Positions 1 to 13,082 are shown, counted from the stretch's first letter. The stretch is DNA of 64,000 nt from Hemiscyllium ocellatum (GCF_020745735.1 NC_083409.1:5755534-5819533), one strand, 5' to 3'. Program-made: numbers and translations. The notes: a model not told the origin generated them from the sequence alone.

Positions 1-59
1 GCCAGTGCGTTGGAGCTTGGGCTACTGCCTCTGGCCCAAGTGTAGGGGCCTGTTCAAAA

Positions 60-1170
60 ATCTGCACATTGTCCTTTTTCTCTTTCTGAATGAAGTGGAT
101 CAAGTTGTAGTAACGAGCTGGAAACAAGGTGTCTTGTCTAAAATGTTCCCAGCATTGGGCACAGAACTGGCTTAGTCAGAGGAGACAAAGGGTAGCGATG
201 GAGGGCTGTGACGAGTGATGTTCCACGGGGATCAGTGGTGGGAACTCTGCTGTTCTTGATCTCCATAAATGATTTGGAGCAAAGCGTAGCTGGTCCAATG
301 AGTAAGTTTACGGTTGATACAAAGATTGGTAGAGTTGCAGATAATGAGAAGGATTGTCAGAGGATACAGCAGGATATTATATCAGTTGGATGCATGGACA
401 GAAAAATGGCAGATGTCGTTTAATCCAAACAAATGTGAGGTGATGCATTTTGAAAGGTGATGGACAGATTGAAATTATATAGTGAATGGCAGAATCCTTT
501 AAAGTATTGATGTGCAGAGGGACCTGGGTGCGTATGTTGACAGATCACTGAAGATGGCAGCACCAGGAGGTAAGGCAGTAAAAAAGGGTTATGGCATGCT
601 TGCCTTTATTGGAAGGGGCATTGGGTCAAAGGATAGACAAGTTATGCTGCAGCTTTATCGAACATTAGTTAGGCCACACTTGGAATATTGCATGTAGTTC
701 TGGTCACCACACTACCAGAAGGATGTGGATGTTATGAAGATGGTGCAGAAAAAATATGGCGGATAGTAGTCCTGAAGGAAGTTTGGATAGACTGGGTTTG
801 TTTTCACTGGAATGCAGAAAAATGAGGCCTGTCCTATTAAGTTGTGAATGGGATATGTAGAGTGGAGAATATGAGGCTTTTGTATGCCCAGGGTTGTGGG
901 GTCAATCATTGGGGGACAGAGGTTCAAGGGGCGGGGGAATTTAAAAGAGATGTGCGAGGCAAGTATTTCACACAAAGGGAGTTGAGTACCTGGAACACAC
1001 TGCCAGAGGAGGGGGTGGAAGCAGACACAATAGAAGTATTCAAGATATACCTGCACTAATGCATGAACAGGAAGGGAATAAAGGGATATGAATCCTGTAG
1101 GTGAAGACAGTTTCAGTATGGAAGGCCAAAATGTGTCAGCACAGGCTTGCAAGGCCGAAGGGCCTGTTCC
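60..1170 (+). mobile_element. CR1-type LINE 3' fragment (degenerate RT and 3' end)
   Basis: VPRGSVVGTLLFLISINDL, a degenerate FADDTK (FTVDTK) and LVRPHLEYC; also present in arm B at 33120-34250. Confidence 0.85.
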
Positions 1171-1237
1171 TGTGCTGTATTGTTCCTTATTCGTTAATCC
1201 CTGCTGTTGAATTGAATTCTCGGGCGCCAGCTTCAGA

Positions 1238-1372
1238 TGAAGAGCCTGTTCTCATTCTTTTGTCGGAGTTCATGCGGCAGTTGCTGCTTCCTTGCTACGT
1301 CACTGATCAAACCAACGATGCAGAAAGCCTCTTGATATTTTAAATGCACTGTCTGCAGGAAAATGTTTGACT
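1238..1372 (+). pseudogene. Degenerate RNase L/IRE1-like kinase-to-KEN linker exon relic (arm A)
   Basis: Only readable with frameshifts, as ...F-L-A-x-V-T-D-Q-T-N-D-A-E-x-L-L...L-S-A-G-K; resembles the segment preceding the KEN exon. Confidence 0.35.
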
Positions 1373-2434
1373 GCTGTTTTAATATTGTTAGATAAGATAA
1401 TTACGTCAATACACCAGTGCCGTTTACGGCTCAGAACATTTAACATTATGGTCCAACTTTTAAATGGATCCTAACTCGTGATCATATATTTTACAATGTT
1501 TCTCTCCCCTGACGTGTTATGAAGATCTTGCAAACGTGTTTTGATGAGGAAAGTGCATCTTCAACAATGTGTGACGGAGTGGGTGTCTGCTTGAACTCTC
1601 GCTTGTTTTAAATGTGTCAATGTTACTTTCCTCACTCTCTGGATGGTGTCGCTGTCATTGACTCCACACCACCCTTCACTCTCGGGGTGATACCATTTTT
1701 AGCATCCTTTCTGTCTGAGAATGCCCCTGTTCTTGTCCCCCTCTCTCAGGGACTGGGTGGGTGTTTCACATGCATCTGGTTTGTTAGTTTCATTTATTCT
1801 CTTGTAAAATGGATAGCCACTGTTTTAGTCTGGTAACAGTGAGTTAAAGCCCGGCACAGTTCACCCTTCATTTCCATCATATCTCAGGACGTAAGGATGG
1901 TCAGTTCTGTATGGGCCCAGAACAATGCCACCACTTCACATAGTTTTCCCTCTTTCCTATGTTTACTGAACACCTGATATCCAGAAATCCCCACTCCCGC
2001 CCAATCTCTGTAAGAGGCACAGCATAAATTTTCCACTTGGCAATCTATGTCTGCAACTCCCCAATACTGTATTATATACCCGTTTCAGTTGGTTTCCCAT
2101 CAATCAGGGTCCTTAATTGGCAAAGGCTGCATTTAACGAATCTCATTGATTGTGGAGACCTGGTGAGGTTGGGAAAAATCAGAAGGATCAGTGACACCAT
2201 TTGCATTATGTACAGGGTCTGAGAAGCAACAACCGGTACCTGGGATGCCAGGGGGCCCGTTGTGCTTGGGTCCGGGACTGAGGAGCCTGTGATCTCTGAT
2301 CGCTGTCCCTGATTTGTGGGTCCTCTCTGATGGAGACCATTGTGAAATCCATTGTCAAGATCACCACCTCGTGTACTGGAGAAGTAAGAACATGCAGAGC
2401 CCGTGGGAATAACCTGAATGTGATCAGAGGACAA

Positions 2435-2525
2435 GGTCAAAAATCAGCCGACACCAGATTATAGTTCAACAGGTTTATTAGAAAACATAATCTTTCTGAT
2501 GCTCGCCCTTTTTTCAGATGCTCAG
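2435..2525. mobile_element. Penelope-type terminal repeat fragment (aaaaatca...acaccag...aacaggtttatt family)
   Basis: Same family as 18950-19030, 32205-32290 and 34700-34795; family name recalled from shark repeats. Confidence 0.5.
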
Positions 2526-2588
2526 AGGAGCAAGAAAGGTGAATTTAATCAACAGAGAAAACAAACTCTGCTGTTCATTCCCTTCTCA

Positions 2589-2713
2589 GTTGACTCCATT
2601 CTCTGAAATGACATGAACAAGAGACAAGGCAAGAAGAAAGAATATAAGGACACCAGCAGTGACCGCCTGAAATCCATAAGAAGATTCACCCAGCACTTTA
2701 ATGAAAAGTAAAA
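2589..2713 (+). pseudogene. RNASEL: RNase L-like KEN exon, inactivated copy (arm A)
   Basis: 125 nt reading VDSIL*NDMNKRQGKKKEYKDTSSDRLKSIRRFTQHFNEK*; stops TGA 2604-2606 and TAA 2709-2711; acceptor altered; donor GTATGT at 2714 retained; homologous to 32016-32140. Confidence 0.8.
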
Positions 2714-3067
2714 GTATGTGAGCAATACTTAGTGACAATATTTTCCTGCTTTTTCTGTTTTCAGCATTGATTCAAAGCAGAAAGAGTCTTTTTTTTCTCC
2801 TTCATTCCTTGAAACGCTTACTGAGATGATCAAACCCTGTAAAAGTTCATGTGACGGGCTGAGGGATTGTCTAATGATTGAGAGAGGGGACTGGGTCAGG
2901 ACTCCCTGGAATTCAGAAGGATGAGATGAAATTTCACTGAAATATTTCAAATTTTCCAGGGCCCTGACAGGGTAAATTTTGGAAGGATGAGCCCCTACCT
3001 GGGGATTCTAGAGCAGAGTCCCAGCCTGGGAATAAAGGATTATACATTTCAATCAGAGATGAGGAAT

Positions 3068-3335
3068 GGGTGGCACAGTGTCTGGCGCCACTACCTGGGT
3101 TTGATTCCACCTTCAGGCAACAGTCTGTATTTAATTTGTATGTTCTCTCTGTGTCTGAATGGGTTTCCTTTTGGTTCCTCAGTTTCCTCTCTCAGTCTAG
3201 AGATGTGCAGGTTAGTTGGATTGGCCATGGAAGTGTAGGGTTAGGAGAGGGGGCTGGTTCTGGGTGAGATGCTACTTGTACTTGATGGGCTGAATGGCCT
3301 TCTTCCACACAGTAGGGATTTTATGATTCTATGTT
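3068..3335 (+). mobile_element. HE1/V-SINE-type tRNA-derived SINE (degenerate)
   Basis: gggtggcacagtg head and gggtttcctttggttcctcagtttcctc core; counterpart at 31485-31772. Confidence 0.75.
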
Positions 3336-3493
3336 GCTGTGGGTCTGAAGTCATATGTCAGTGGTATGGGAAAGGACAGCAATCTGATGGACATTAGTGG
3401 GCCCAACAGGGCTCGCCCCCAACACTGGTTGTCGTTAGACTCTTAACTCCAGAGTCTTTTTGAATTTAAAATTTCACTCCATACATTGCCAGG

Positions 3494-3806
3494 ATTTAGA
3501 TTAGATTCCCTATAGTATGGAAACAGGCCCTTAGGTCCAACAAGTCCACACCGACGCTCCGAAGAGTAACCCACCCAGACTCATTCCCCATATTCATCCC
3601 TGACTATGGACAATTTAACGTGACCAATTCACCTAACCTGCACATCTTTGGATGGTGGGAGGAGACCGGGGCACCCGGAGGAAACCCATGCAGACACAGG
3701 GAGAATGTGCAAACTCCATAAAAGTCAGTCACACGAGGCTAAAATCGAACCTAGGATTCTGGTGCTATGAGGCAGCAGAGCTTACCACTGTACCACCGTG
3801 CTGCCC
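3494..3806 (-). mobile_element. HE1/V-SINE-type SINE, arm-A-specific
   Basis: Near full length on the minus strand (gggcagcacggtggtacagtggtaagc...aatctaatctaaatc); no counterpart seen in arm B. Confidence 0.85.
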
Positions 3807-3974
3807 CACAGTGATCCCATCTTCCCCAGAACATTACTTGGTTCTTTGGATTAAGAATTTAGTGATGATAACATTTACTCATTGCCTCCCAACATGTGTA
3901 TTATCGCTATCTTGAATTTATTCAAACGCCTAAATATCGATGAGTATCACAAAGATTCAAAACCCTCCGAGTGA

Positions 3975-4215
3975 AGAAATCTTGGAATCGCTACAATGCG
4001 GAAACAGGCCATTCAGCCCAAACTGCCTCTCCCAGACCAACTCCCCTGTAGCCTTGCATTTCCCATGGCCATTCCTCCTAACCCGCACGTCTGTGGACTG
4101 TGGGAGGAAATCAGATCACCCGGAGGGAATCCAGGCACGCCCAGGGAGAACGTGCAAACTCCACACAGTCAGTTACTCAAGGGTGGAATAAAACTTTTGT
4201 CCCAGTGTTGTGCCA
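3975..4215 (-). mobile_element. HE1/V-SINE-type SINE (degenerate)
   Basis: gtggactgtgggagg...gtgcaaactccacacag core; counterpart at 30862-31140. Confidence 0.75.
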
Positions 4216-4239
4216 CCCCACTTGATTCTGGGCAATAAA

Positions 4240-4740
4240 TGCTGACATAGCAAATGATGCCCAATCCAGTAAATGAATTAAGAAAAGGTCAGTCAATTTT
4301 TGGATAGGACTGTGATGGGTTTCTCCCCACTTACCTGGATGGATGCAGCTCCAAAAACAATCAAGAAGCTTGATATCATCCAGTACAAAACAGCCTGCTT
4401 GATTGACACCACATCGATAAACATACACTCACTCCACCACTGATGCTCAATAACAGCCGTGTGCACCATCTACAAGATGCACTGCAGGAATTCACACCAA
4501 GTCTCTCGACACAGCACCTTCCAAACCCACGATCATTTCCATTAGAAGGGCACAGAACAATACTAAAAACAAGTTCCCCTCCAATGCGCATAGAATCTTG
4601 ATTTGAAAATATATTACTGTCCCTCCAGTGTCGCTGGGTGGAAATCCTGAAATTCCCTCCCTAAGGGCATTGTGGATTTATCTTCAGCACATGGACTGCA
4701 GTGGTTCAAGGAGGCAGCTCACCACCACCTTGCAAAGGGC
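4240..4740 (+). mobile_element. L2-like LINE 3' fragment
   Basis: gatgcagctcca...aagaagcttgatatcatccag...gcctgcttgattg family; relatives at 30330-30860, 38160-38520, 48040-48740 and 55290-55840. Confidence 0.55.
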
Positions 4741-4741
4741 A

Positions 4742-5075
4742 GGATCGTGGCTCAGTGGTTAGTGCTGTTTCCTCACAGCACTTGGGACCTGGGTTCAATT
4801 TCACCCTGAGACAACTGTATGTGTGGAATTTGCACATTTTTCCCATGTCTGTGTGGGTTTCTTCCACACAGTCCATAGATGTGTTGGTTAGTGGATTAGC
4901 CATGCCAAATTTCGCATAGTTTCGAGGGATGTGTTGTCTAGGTGGGTTGGCCATAGGAAATGCTACAGTACAGGAATAGTGTCAGTCGAGATGGAATGCT
5001 GTTCGGTGGGTTGATGTGGATTTGATGGGCTGAATGGTCTGCTTGTACACTGTATGATGATTCCATGATTCAGAA
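4742..5075 (+). mobile_element. HE1/V-SINE-type SINE
   Basis: gtggctcagtggttagtgctg head and tgtgtggaatttgcacatt core; counterpart at 29995-30328. Confidence 0.8.
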
Positions 5076-5159
5076 GGGCAATACAGAACGTGTAATAAAT
5101 GCTGGCCCAGACAGCAACACGCATGTCCTCAGAGTGAGTTTTAAACAAAAAGACCATCT

Positions 5160-6340
5160 TCAGTGCTTACTATTCCATCAGTCTTTGTGTCAATGTGGAA
5201 CTATGATTCTCATTAATGCATACAGTAAGTAGGTAAGGCCTCAGCACAGAATCCTTGTAGAAGACCACTCGTCACTTTCTTTCTATGTTGTCTGTCACTA
5301 AACCAGCCTCCGAACCAAGTCAAATATTCATCTTCAATCCAATGGGTTTTATTTTTAATCAGGAGACTGTATTGTGGAAAATTATCAAAAACATCTGAAA
5401 GTTGATGTAACTTTTTGCCCTATCGGCTATTTTAGTTTATGCATTTGGTTCGTTAGTCAGAACCTCCCATCACAAATGTATGTCGGCTATTTCCAATTCT
5501 CCACATGTTCATTGTATCGGCTGTTAATGATAGATTGCAATGAAACCCTCAAAAGAGATGTTGGATTGATCATTATATAATTTCCTCAGTTCCCTCTCTC
5601 ATTTTTCTTGAACCCGTGCAGTTACAGCAAGACATTTTCCAAACTAAAGGGATGGTTGCTGCTCTGGAAGCTGAAGAGAAAAGCTTCAGAAACTTTTCCC
5701 TCCTCCCCCTTCCTTAAAACCCCTGAGGTCCGGGAGATCTGTCAGCCTTTCGAGCTGCTCGCTTTCCAATGCTGTTTTCTGGCATGTATCAAGTTTCACG
5801 AATTCCAGTCTTCAATTCAGTATTAACCTCCCTGGAGTGGAAGCTGCATTATCCCATTCCTTGACGTGAAGGCTGACACAACTTATTCTTGTACATATCG
5901 GCCATTCCCTTAGTCTCATTTATGGAATTCCCAGTTAGTTTTTAAAGGGCTCGCATTGCACTGGAGCCCCCTTGATTCTCTAATTTTCGTGTAAAATATT
6001 TGTGTTATTCTTGTGACCCCTTCCAGGTCTCTTTATCCATCACTTTTTTGTAAGTCTTGCTTCCTTTTTGTCTTCCTTTGCAGTTCTTCATATCTTCCTT
6101 CAGTTGCCTGAATTTTCACTGATATTCCCGCGTTCGAGTGTTCTCATCTTTCTTTTTCTGTTTTGTCTCGCTTATTTTATCAGTGACAATGTGTTAACAA
6201 GTGGGGATCTGTTCCATACTGAGCTGAATTCATTTTTAACCATCTTCCCATCTCATTGGGAGTCTGATCTGACAATTTTGGCTGACAACAATTCCTGTTG
6301 CATTCTGTTTTCTGGTAGGTGGGTGTCACTGGCATAGATC
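5160..6340 (-). mobile_element. Old CR1-type RT fragment
   Basis: The minus strand gives degenerate W-K-x-A-x-V-T-x-x-F-K-K / NY-x-x-I-x-L-T-S sequence; counterpart at 28740-29920. Confidence 0.55.
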
Positions 6341-6564
6341 AGCATTTGTTACCCAAGACAAATTGTCCTTGAACTGCTGGTCTTTCTGTGGCCTCTCAGA
6401 AGGCACCTAAGATTTAAGCAGGTTGCTGTGGGGCTAGAGTCACATGAAGTCCAGACTAGGTAAGGCTGAGGCTGGGCAGCAATCAGGATCATTATCGTGG
6501 TCACCATTAATGAGGCTTGCTTTGTGATTTGTATTCAAATTCCAGCACTTGTCACTGGGGGAGA

Positions 6565-6785
6565 TATACCGGCCACTACAGCGGACAGCAACTGACAACC
6601 AGAAACGACAGAGACAAGCCACTATAAATGCCGAAGGAAACATGACAGAAGCGCTTCACAGGAGGCTCCCAAGCACGGAGGATGTCACCTAGAATGGGGA
6701 CGAAACGTTTGCCACAAAAATTCACAGCTCGCCGAACAGAACCACAACAATGAGCACGCGAGCTACAAATCTTCTCCCAAACTTT
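6565..6785 (+). mobile_element. Penelope-type 3' fragment with a hammerhead-like relic
   Basis: ccactataaatgccgaaggaaacatgacagaagcgcttcacaggaggctcccaagcac...ggacgaaacg; sits at the end of arm A homology. Confidence 0.55.
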
Positions 6786-7329
6786 GGCCACTCCTCTGCC
6801 CATTGCCCCATGCGATCAAAGTCCCGCTTTACCCTGAGATCATCTTCTTCACTTTCCACAGTCCCACCATTTACAAACTTACCATTACTCCTATGTTCAC
6901 ATCCAAATCATCTTAAATGATGAAAATCAGTGGACAAAGCACCAAGTCTTGTGGCACACAGCTATTCATAGATCTTCACTGAGAACGTGACTCATGTTTG
7001 ATATTTTGCCTCCCAAGTGTCAGGGTCTGTGATATCTCGGATCGTGCCTTTGAGGTCTTTGGGTTCCTGAACTGAGAGGGTGCCCAACCCCAACTCATGC
7101 ATCTGGCGGTACCAACAACATAGGTGGAAAGAGGTAACAGGAATGTAAGGCAGGATTTCAGGGAGCAAGGGTGGAAACTGATAGCTAAACCAAACACAGT
7201 TATTTTCTTTGGTTTGTTGCCCTGGCCAGGTGATAGTGAGGCAAGGAATAGGGAGAGCCATCAGTTGAACACGTGACTGCAGTGATGGTGCAGGAGGGAG
7301 AGTTTCAGGTACTTTGATAATTGGGGCTC

Positions 7330-10303
7330 ATTCTGAGGAAGGTGGGACCTCTACAAACAGAACGGTTGTCACTTGAACCAGAAGGGTGCAAACATCCTGG
7401 CTGATGAATTGGGTGAGTTTAAAGTAGCACAGCAGGGGGATGGGAACCTGAAGTGGCGTTCCAGAGCACGGGAGGATGAGAGTAGGGAGGGAATGGACAG
7501 GATTTCACGATCACAGGAATGTACTGCCAGAGAGCAAGCTGGTTTGAAGTGTGCCTATTTCAACGCCAGAGGTATCCGACATAAGTTAGGTGAGCTTGCA
7601 CATTGGATAGGTACCTGGGACTTCGATGTTGTGGCCGTTTCGGAGACATGGATAGAACAGGGTCAGGAATATTGCAAGTTCCAGGGTTTAGATCTTTCAT
7701 TAAGAACAGGCAAATGGTAAAAGAGGGGGAGATGTGGCTTTGTTACTCAAGGGCAGTGTAACGGTGGCTGAAAGAACTTTTGATGAGGAGTCGTCTACTG
7801 AGGTAGAATGGGCTGAGGTTAGAAACAGGCACAGAAGATGTCACACTGCTGGGAGTTTTTTTTTAATGACTTTTAATGAGTTCCAGGGAGGGGAAGGAGA
7901 GGATTGACAATATGATTCTGGCTAGGAGTGAAAGGAACAGGGCGGGAAGGTCATTATAGGCGACTTTAACTTCCCCAACATTGACTGGAAATGCTAGAAC
8001 CCTAGTACATCGGATGGATCAAATTTGTCTCGAGTGTGCAGGAGGGTTTCCTGACAAAGTATGTTGAAGGGCTGACAAGAGGGGAGGCCACACTGGATGT
8101 GTGCTTGTCAATGAACCAGGTCAAGTGTTTGATTTAGTTGTAGGTGAGCACTTTGGAGAGAGTGACCGTAATTCAGTTACATTTAGTTTAGCGATGGAAA
8201 TGGATAGATACATACCATAGGGCAAGAGTTATTGATGGAGCAAGGGAAATAATAAAGTGATTAGTCAAGATTTAGGATGTAGAGAATGGAGGAGAAAAAT
8301 GAAGGGGATGGGGCCAATCAAAGTTTGGAGCTGGCTTCAGGAACAGATATCGCGTCTCCTTGATAGGTATGTCCCTGTCAGGCAGGGACGAAGTGATAAG
8401 GTAAGGGAACTGTGATTTACTATAGAAATTGCATCTCTTGTTAAGCAGAAGACAGAAGCTTCTGTGACAATGAGACAAGAATGTTCGGGTGAGGTGATGG
8501 AGATTAGCAGATTAGCTAGGAAGGATTTAAAGCGAGAGTTAAGAAAAGCAAAGAGAAGACATAAGCAATCTTTAGCAGGTAGAATAAAGAGGAATCCTAA
8601 AGCTTTTGACAGGTATGTGAAGAATAAAAGATGACTAGGGTAGGAATAGGAACAGTCAAAGACAGAATTGAGAAGTTGTGTATGGATCCTGTGGAGGTCA
8701 GAGAGGTTTTAAATGAATATTTCTCATTGTTTATCACTCAGGGAAAGGAGTTTATTGTAGAGGAGAAGAAAGTGATGCCAAATATTAGACTAGAAATGAT
8801 CAAAGTGAGCAGGGAAGAGGTGTTACCTATTCTAGATGGAGTGAAAGTAAACAACTCCCCTGGGCCAGATGGGATTTATCTGAGAATTCGCTGGCAAGCT
8901 AGGGAGGAGATGGTGGAGCCTTTGGCTTTGATCGTTGAATCATCATTTTCTACGGTTTAGTACCAGAGGATGGAGGATTACAAATGTCGTGCCCTTGTTC
9001 AAGAAGGGCAGCAGAGCTTACCCCAGTAATTACAGACCAGAGGGCCTTACACCTGTTGAAGGAAAAGTTTTGGAAAGGATTATAAGAAATAGGATTTATT
9101 ATCATCTAGCAAGCAACAATTTGATTTCAGATATTCAACATGGTTTTGTCAAGTGCAGGTCATGTCAGAAACCTCATTGAGGTTTTTGAGAAGGTGACCA
9201 AACAAGGTTAGAGCAGTTGACGCGGTGCACCTGGACTTCAGTAATGCTTTTGATAATGTTCGACATGGTGGGCCATTGGAGAAAATGCAGAGGCTTGGGA
9301 TTAAGTGTGATTTAGTTGTTTGGATGAGAAACAGGCTTTCTGAAAAAAGGCAGCGAGTGGTGGTTGATGGAAAATATTCAACCTGGAGTCCGATTACGAG
9401 TGGTGTGCCACAAGGATCTGTTTTGGGACTACTGCTGTTTGTCATCTTTATAAATGACTTGGACACAGACACAGGTAGATGGTTTAATAAGTTTGCAGAT
9501 GACACTAAAGTCGGTGGAGTGGTGGACATTGTGGAAGAATGTTGCATGCTGCTGGGGGTCTTGGATAAACTGCCAAATTGGGCTGAGAGGTGGCAAATGG
9601 AGTTCAGTGCAGCAAAATGTGAGGTGATTCATTTTCGGAAGAATAACAAGAAGGCAGAGTACTGGGTCAATGGAAAGATTCTTGATAGTGTGGATGTATC
9701 GAGGAATCTTGAAGTCCATTTACATAGATCCCTGAAAGTTGCCACACAGATTGATAGTGCTATTAAGAAGCCAGAGTGTGTGTTAAGTTTTATTGGTAGA
9801 GGGATTGAGTTTCGGAGCCAGAATGCCATGCTACAAATATACAAAGTATTAGTGCAGCCGCACTTGGAATACTGTGTACAGTTCTGGTCACCTCATTACA
9901 GGAAGGATGTGGAAGCATTGGAAAAGGTGCAGAGGAGATTTACCTGGATGTTGCCTGGTCTGGAGTTAACGTCTTATGAGGAAAGGCTGAGAGACTTGGG
10001 TCTGTTCTCATTGGAAAGAAGAAGGCTAAGAGGGGATTTGATACAGACATACAAGATGATCAGATGATAAGATAGAGTAGACAGTGAAGTCTTTTTCTTC
10101 AGATGATGATGTCAACTTGTACAAGAGGGCATAATTACGAATTGAGGGATGATAGATTTAAAGCAAATGTCAGAATCAAGTTCTTTACTCAGACAGTAGT
10201 AAGGGCATGGAATGTCCTGCCTGCCAATGCAGCTAACTCAACCACATTAGGCAGATTTAAACAACCCTTGAATACGTACATGGATGATGATGGGATAGTG
10301 TAG
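7330..10303 (+). mobile_element. CR1-type LINE, most of ORF2 (APE endonuclease + RT), frameshifted
   Basis: LKCAYFNARGIR...DVVAVSETW, GDFNFPNIDW-like, NYRP, VPQGSVLG, FADDTK, LVQPHLEYCVQFWSP; 280-aa ORF 9225-10067. Confidence 0.92.
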
Positions 10304-10359
10304 AAGATGAGGTTAGATTGTTTCATAGGTTAGTGCAACATCGTGGGTCGACGGGTTGT

Positions 10360-12300
10360 CCTGCGCTGTGCTGTTCTACCTATCTTTCTATCCAGTCTGA
10401 AAAGCAACCCTATTCTACCACTCTCAGTTTCCTATCTTCAAGCCAATATTTTACTCAAATGGCTATCTCCCCCTGGATCCCATGTGGTCTAATCTTACAA
10501 ATTAGTCTATCATGTGGAACCTTGTCAAACACTTTACTGAAGTCCATATAGACAATGTCTACTGTTCTGCCTTCCTCAATCTTTGAACCTCCTCAATCAA
10601 ACTAGGGAGACATAATTTTCCATGTACAAAAGCACACTGATTATCCAAATGGATATAAATCCTGTCCCTCAGAATCCACTCCAACATCTTACCCAGCACT
10701 GACTTCAGGCTGTTTGGTCTATAGTTCCCTGGCTTTTCCTTGCAGACGTTCTGAAATAATGGCGTAACACTAGCCAACCTCTCTGTTTCTCCAGCACCTT
10801 ACCCATGGCTGTTCATGATGAAAATATCTTAGCAAGGGGGTCAACAAACTGTTCCTTCATTTTCCGCAATGTTCTGGGATACACCTAATCAGCTCTTCAG
10901 GATTTATCTACCTTTATATGTCTGGAGACCTTTAGCATGTCTTCATTTCTATTGTGTACTCTTTTCAAAACATCTCCGTTTTTTTTGAGCTTTCATGCCA
11001 TTCTCCACAATAAATACTGACCTGAAATAATTGTTTAGGATCTTGCCCATCTCTTGTGTCCTACCGAAACACAGCACTCACGTTTATCTGAATTCAACTC
11101 CATCTGCCATTCCTAAGCCTACTGGCTCAGTTGGTCAAGATTCCCTTGTACTCTTAGACAGCCTTCTTCACTGGCCACGATGCCACCTGAAACTTCACCT
11201 GAACACAGGTGCCCGTTATACTGCTACTACCCCAGTCTATATTCAGAAATTAAATCCCACGCTCCCACCACATTATTATGACTCCATCACACTTTCAGGT
11301 CTCTGTAAATTCCTTGCATTTGAATTCCTCCACATCCTTCCCACTGGGTGGTGACTAATTGACTGCACTGAGGATTCTGTGGACCTTGGTGTTTCTCTCG
11401 AATATTCCCCCCTGGCTCCCACAGCCCAGCCAAGTTAGCTTAAACTCTCTCCAACAGCACTAGTAAATCACCACAAACGAACTCAGTCCCAGCTCTGTTC
11501 AGGAGCAGCACTCTCTGGTTTGTCCAGGTCCCATCTCACCCAGACCCACTCCCAATGTCCCAAGAATCTGAAGCTCTCCCTCCTGGATCCTCTGTCCAGC
11601 CTCACATTTACCTGTGTTAACCTTCTGTTCCTATTCTCACTTGCATGGGGCACTGGGAGTAATCCAGAGATTCCTACATTTTAGTTTCTGCTGCTGAGTC
11701 CCTCCTGATCTCCCTAAATTCTGACTGCAGGACCACATCCCTTTTCTCCCTCTGTCACTTGGACCGATGTGCACCACCACTGCTGCACGTTCCCCCTCCC
11801 CCTCAGTGTTATCATTGACCCTGGAGCCAGAGAGACAACACAGCACTCTACATTCCCATCTGCAGCTGCAGAAACACCTATCAATTGTACTTAATCTCGA
11901 ATCTCCTCTCACTATCGCTCTTTCAGTCTTCCTGATCCACCCCCACCCACCCCCCCATACAGATGCCTTCCGCCTTGGCGTCATGGACTTGGCTCTGGTT
12001 CAACTCCCCAGATGAACCATCATTCTCATTAGGATTCTAAACTGAATCCTGTTTGGAAAGTGAGATGCACTCAGAGTATTACTGTACTAGCTAACTTGTC
12101 CTGTTTGACTGTCTGCTGCTCCACCATTGTCTGTCTCCCTGCACACTCTGAAGCTGCACAGTGACGACATCTAGAAATGTGTTCTCCACGGAGCTCTCAG
12201 CCTCACAGACGCTCCGCACTGACACCAGCTGCTGCTCAAGCTCCGAAACACAGAGCTCCAACTGCTGTCAGTGACAACACGTCCTGCTCGCATAGTGGGA
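10360..12300 (-). mobile_element. Degenerate CR1-type fragments (RT and ORF1 parts)
   Basis: Minus-strand VTPLF..KEKPGNYRP.SL.SVLGKMLE and ORF1-like AIVRGDS...VLCCLSGSRV. Confidence 0.6.
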
Positions 12301-12329
12301 AGCATTCAGATCCTAACTACCTCTTTGTG

Positions 12330-12745
12330 AAATACACTCAATGACATGGCCTCCATAGCCTTCTTCAGCAGTGATTTCCACAGATTCACAACCCTATTGC
12401 GGAAGGAATTCCTCCTTATCTCAGTTCAAAGGGTATTCCCTTCACTCTGAGGCTGTGCCGTCATGTCCTGGTCTCTTCCCCGGTTGGCAACATCTTCTCC
12501 GCCTCCTCTCGAGACAGGTCTCTCAGTATTCTGTAGGTTTCAGTAAAATTCCCTTCATCCTTCTAAACTACATCGAGTCCTCAACTGTTCCTCATTTGGT
12601 AAATCTTTCATCCCCTCATAATTCTTGTAAAACTCTTCTGTACACTCTCCAATGCCTGCACATTCTTCCTTATATCCAGGGCCCAAAACTGCTCACCATA
12701 CATGAATTGCGTTTTGACCAGAGCCTTAAACGGCTTCAGCAGTAC
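12330..12745 (-). mobile_element. CR1-type 3' fragment
   Basis: Minus-strand QFWALDIRKNVQALESVQKSFTRIM. Confidence 0.7.
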
Positions 12746-12759
12746 ATTTCTTTTCTTGT

Positions 12760-13082
12760 GATTAGATTCCCTACAGTATGGAAACAAGCTCTTCAGACCA
12801 ACAAAATAACTCCAACACTCTGAAGAGCAACCCACCCAGACCCATTCCCCTATGTTTAACCCTGAGTAATGCACCTAACACTACAGGCAATTTAGTATGG
12901 CCAATTCACCGAACCTGCACATCTTTGGACTGTGGGAGGAAACCGGAGCACCCGGAGGAAACCCACGCAGCCATGGGTAGAATGTGCAAACTCCACACAG
13001 ACAGTTGTCTGAGACAGGAATTGGACCCGGCTCCTTGGCGCTGTGAGCCACCGTGAGCTAAACACTGAGCCACCGTGCCACA
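12760..13082 (-). mobile_element. HE1/V-SINE-type SINE, near full length
   Basis: ggcacggtggctcagtg...tgtggagtttgcacattct...aatctaatc on the minus strand. Confidence 0.88.

Larger units (their letters stand above)
1..6559 (+). repeat. Arm A of a diverged inverted segmental duplication (partner 28540-34305); runs off the window start
   Basis: Blocks match the reverse complement of arm B in collinear order: 1-60/34255-34305, 1195-1990/32290-33110, 2435-2850/31865-32290, 5160-6559/28540-29920. Homology ends at cacttgtcactggggga. Confidence 0.9.

Noticed and set aside
1675-1710. ttcactctcggggtgatacc as an Ig J segment (FGxGT-like)
   Set aside because: No in-frame FGxG, no nonamer at 12 or 23 bp, no donor; the arm B counterpart diverges further from a J.
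2199-2206. Octamer ATTTGCAT as an Ig V promoter
   Set aside because: No leader or V exon follows, and the same 8-mer occurs several times in repeats or introns (e.g. ~54063, ~58903, ~62829).
9225-10067. Longest ORF (280 aa) as a host gene
   Set aside because: It is CR1 reverse transcriptase (QGSVLG, FADDTK) within a frameshifted LINE.
12077-12085. TATTACTGT (YYC) as the end of a V segment
   Set aside because: No upstream V framework (no W, no DxA), an immediate stop, no heptamer/nonamer; lies in CR1 debris.
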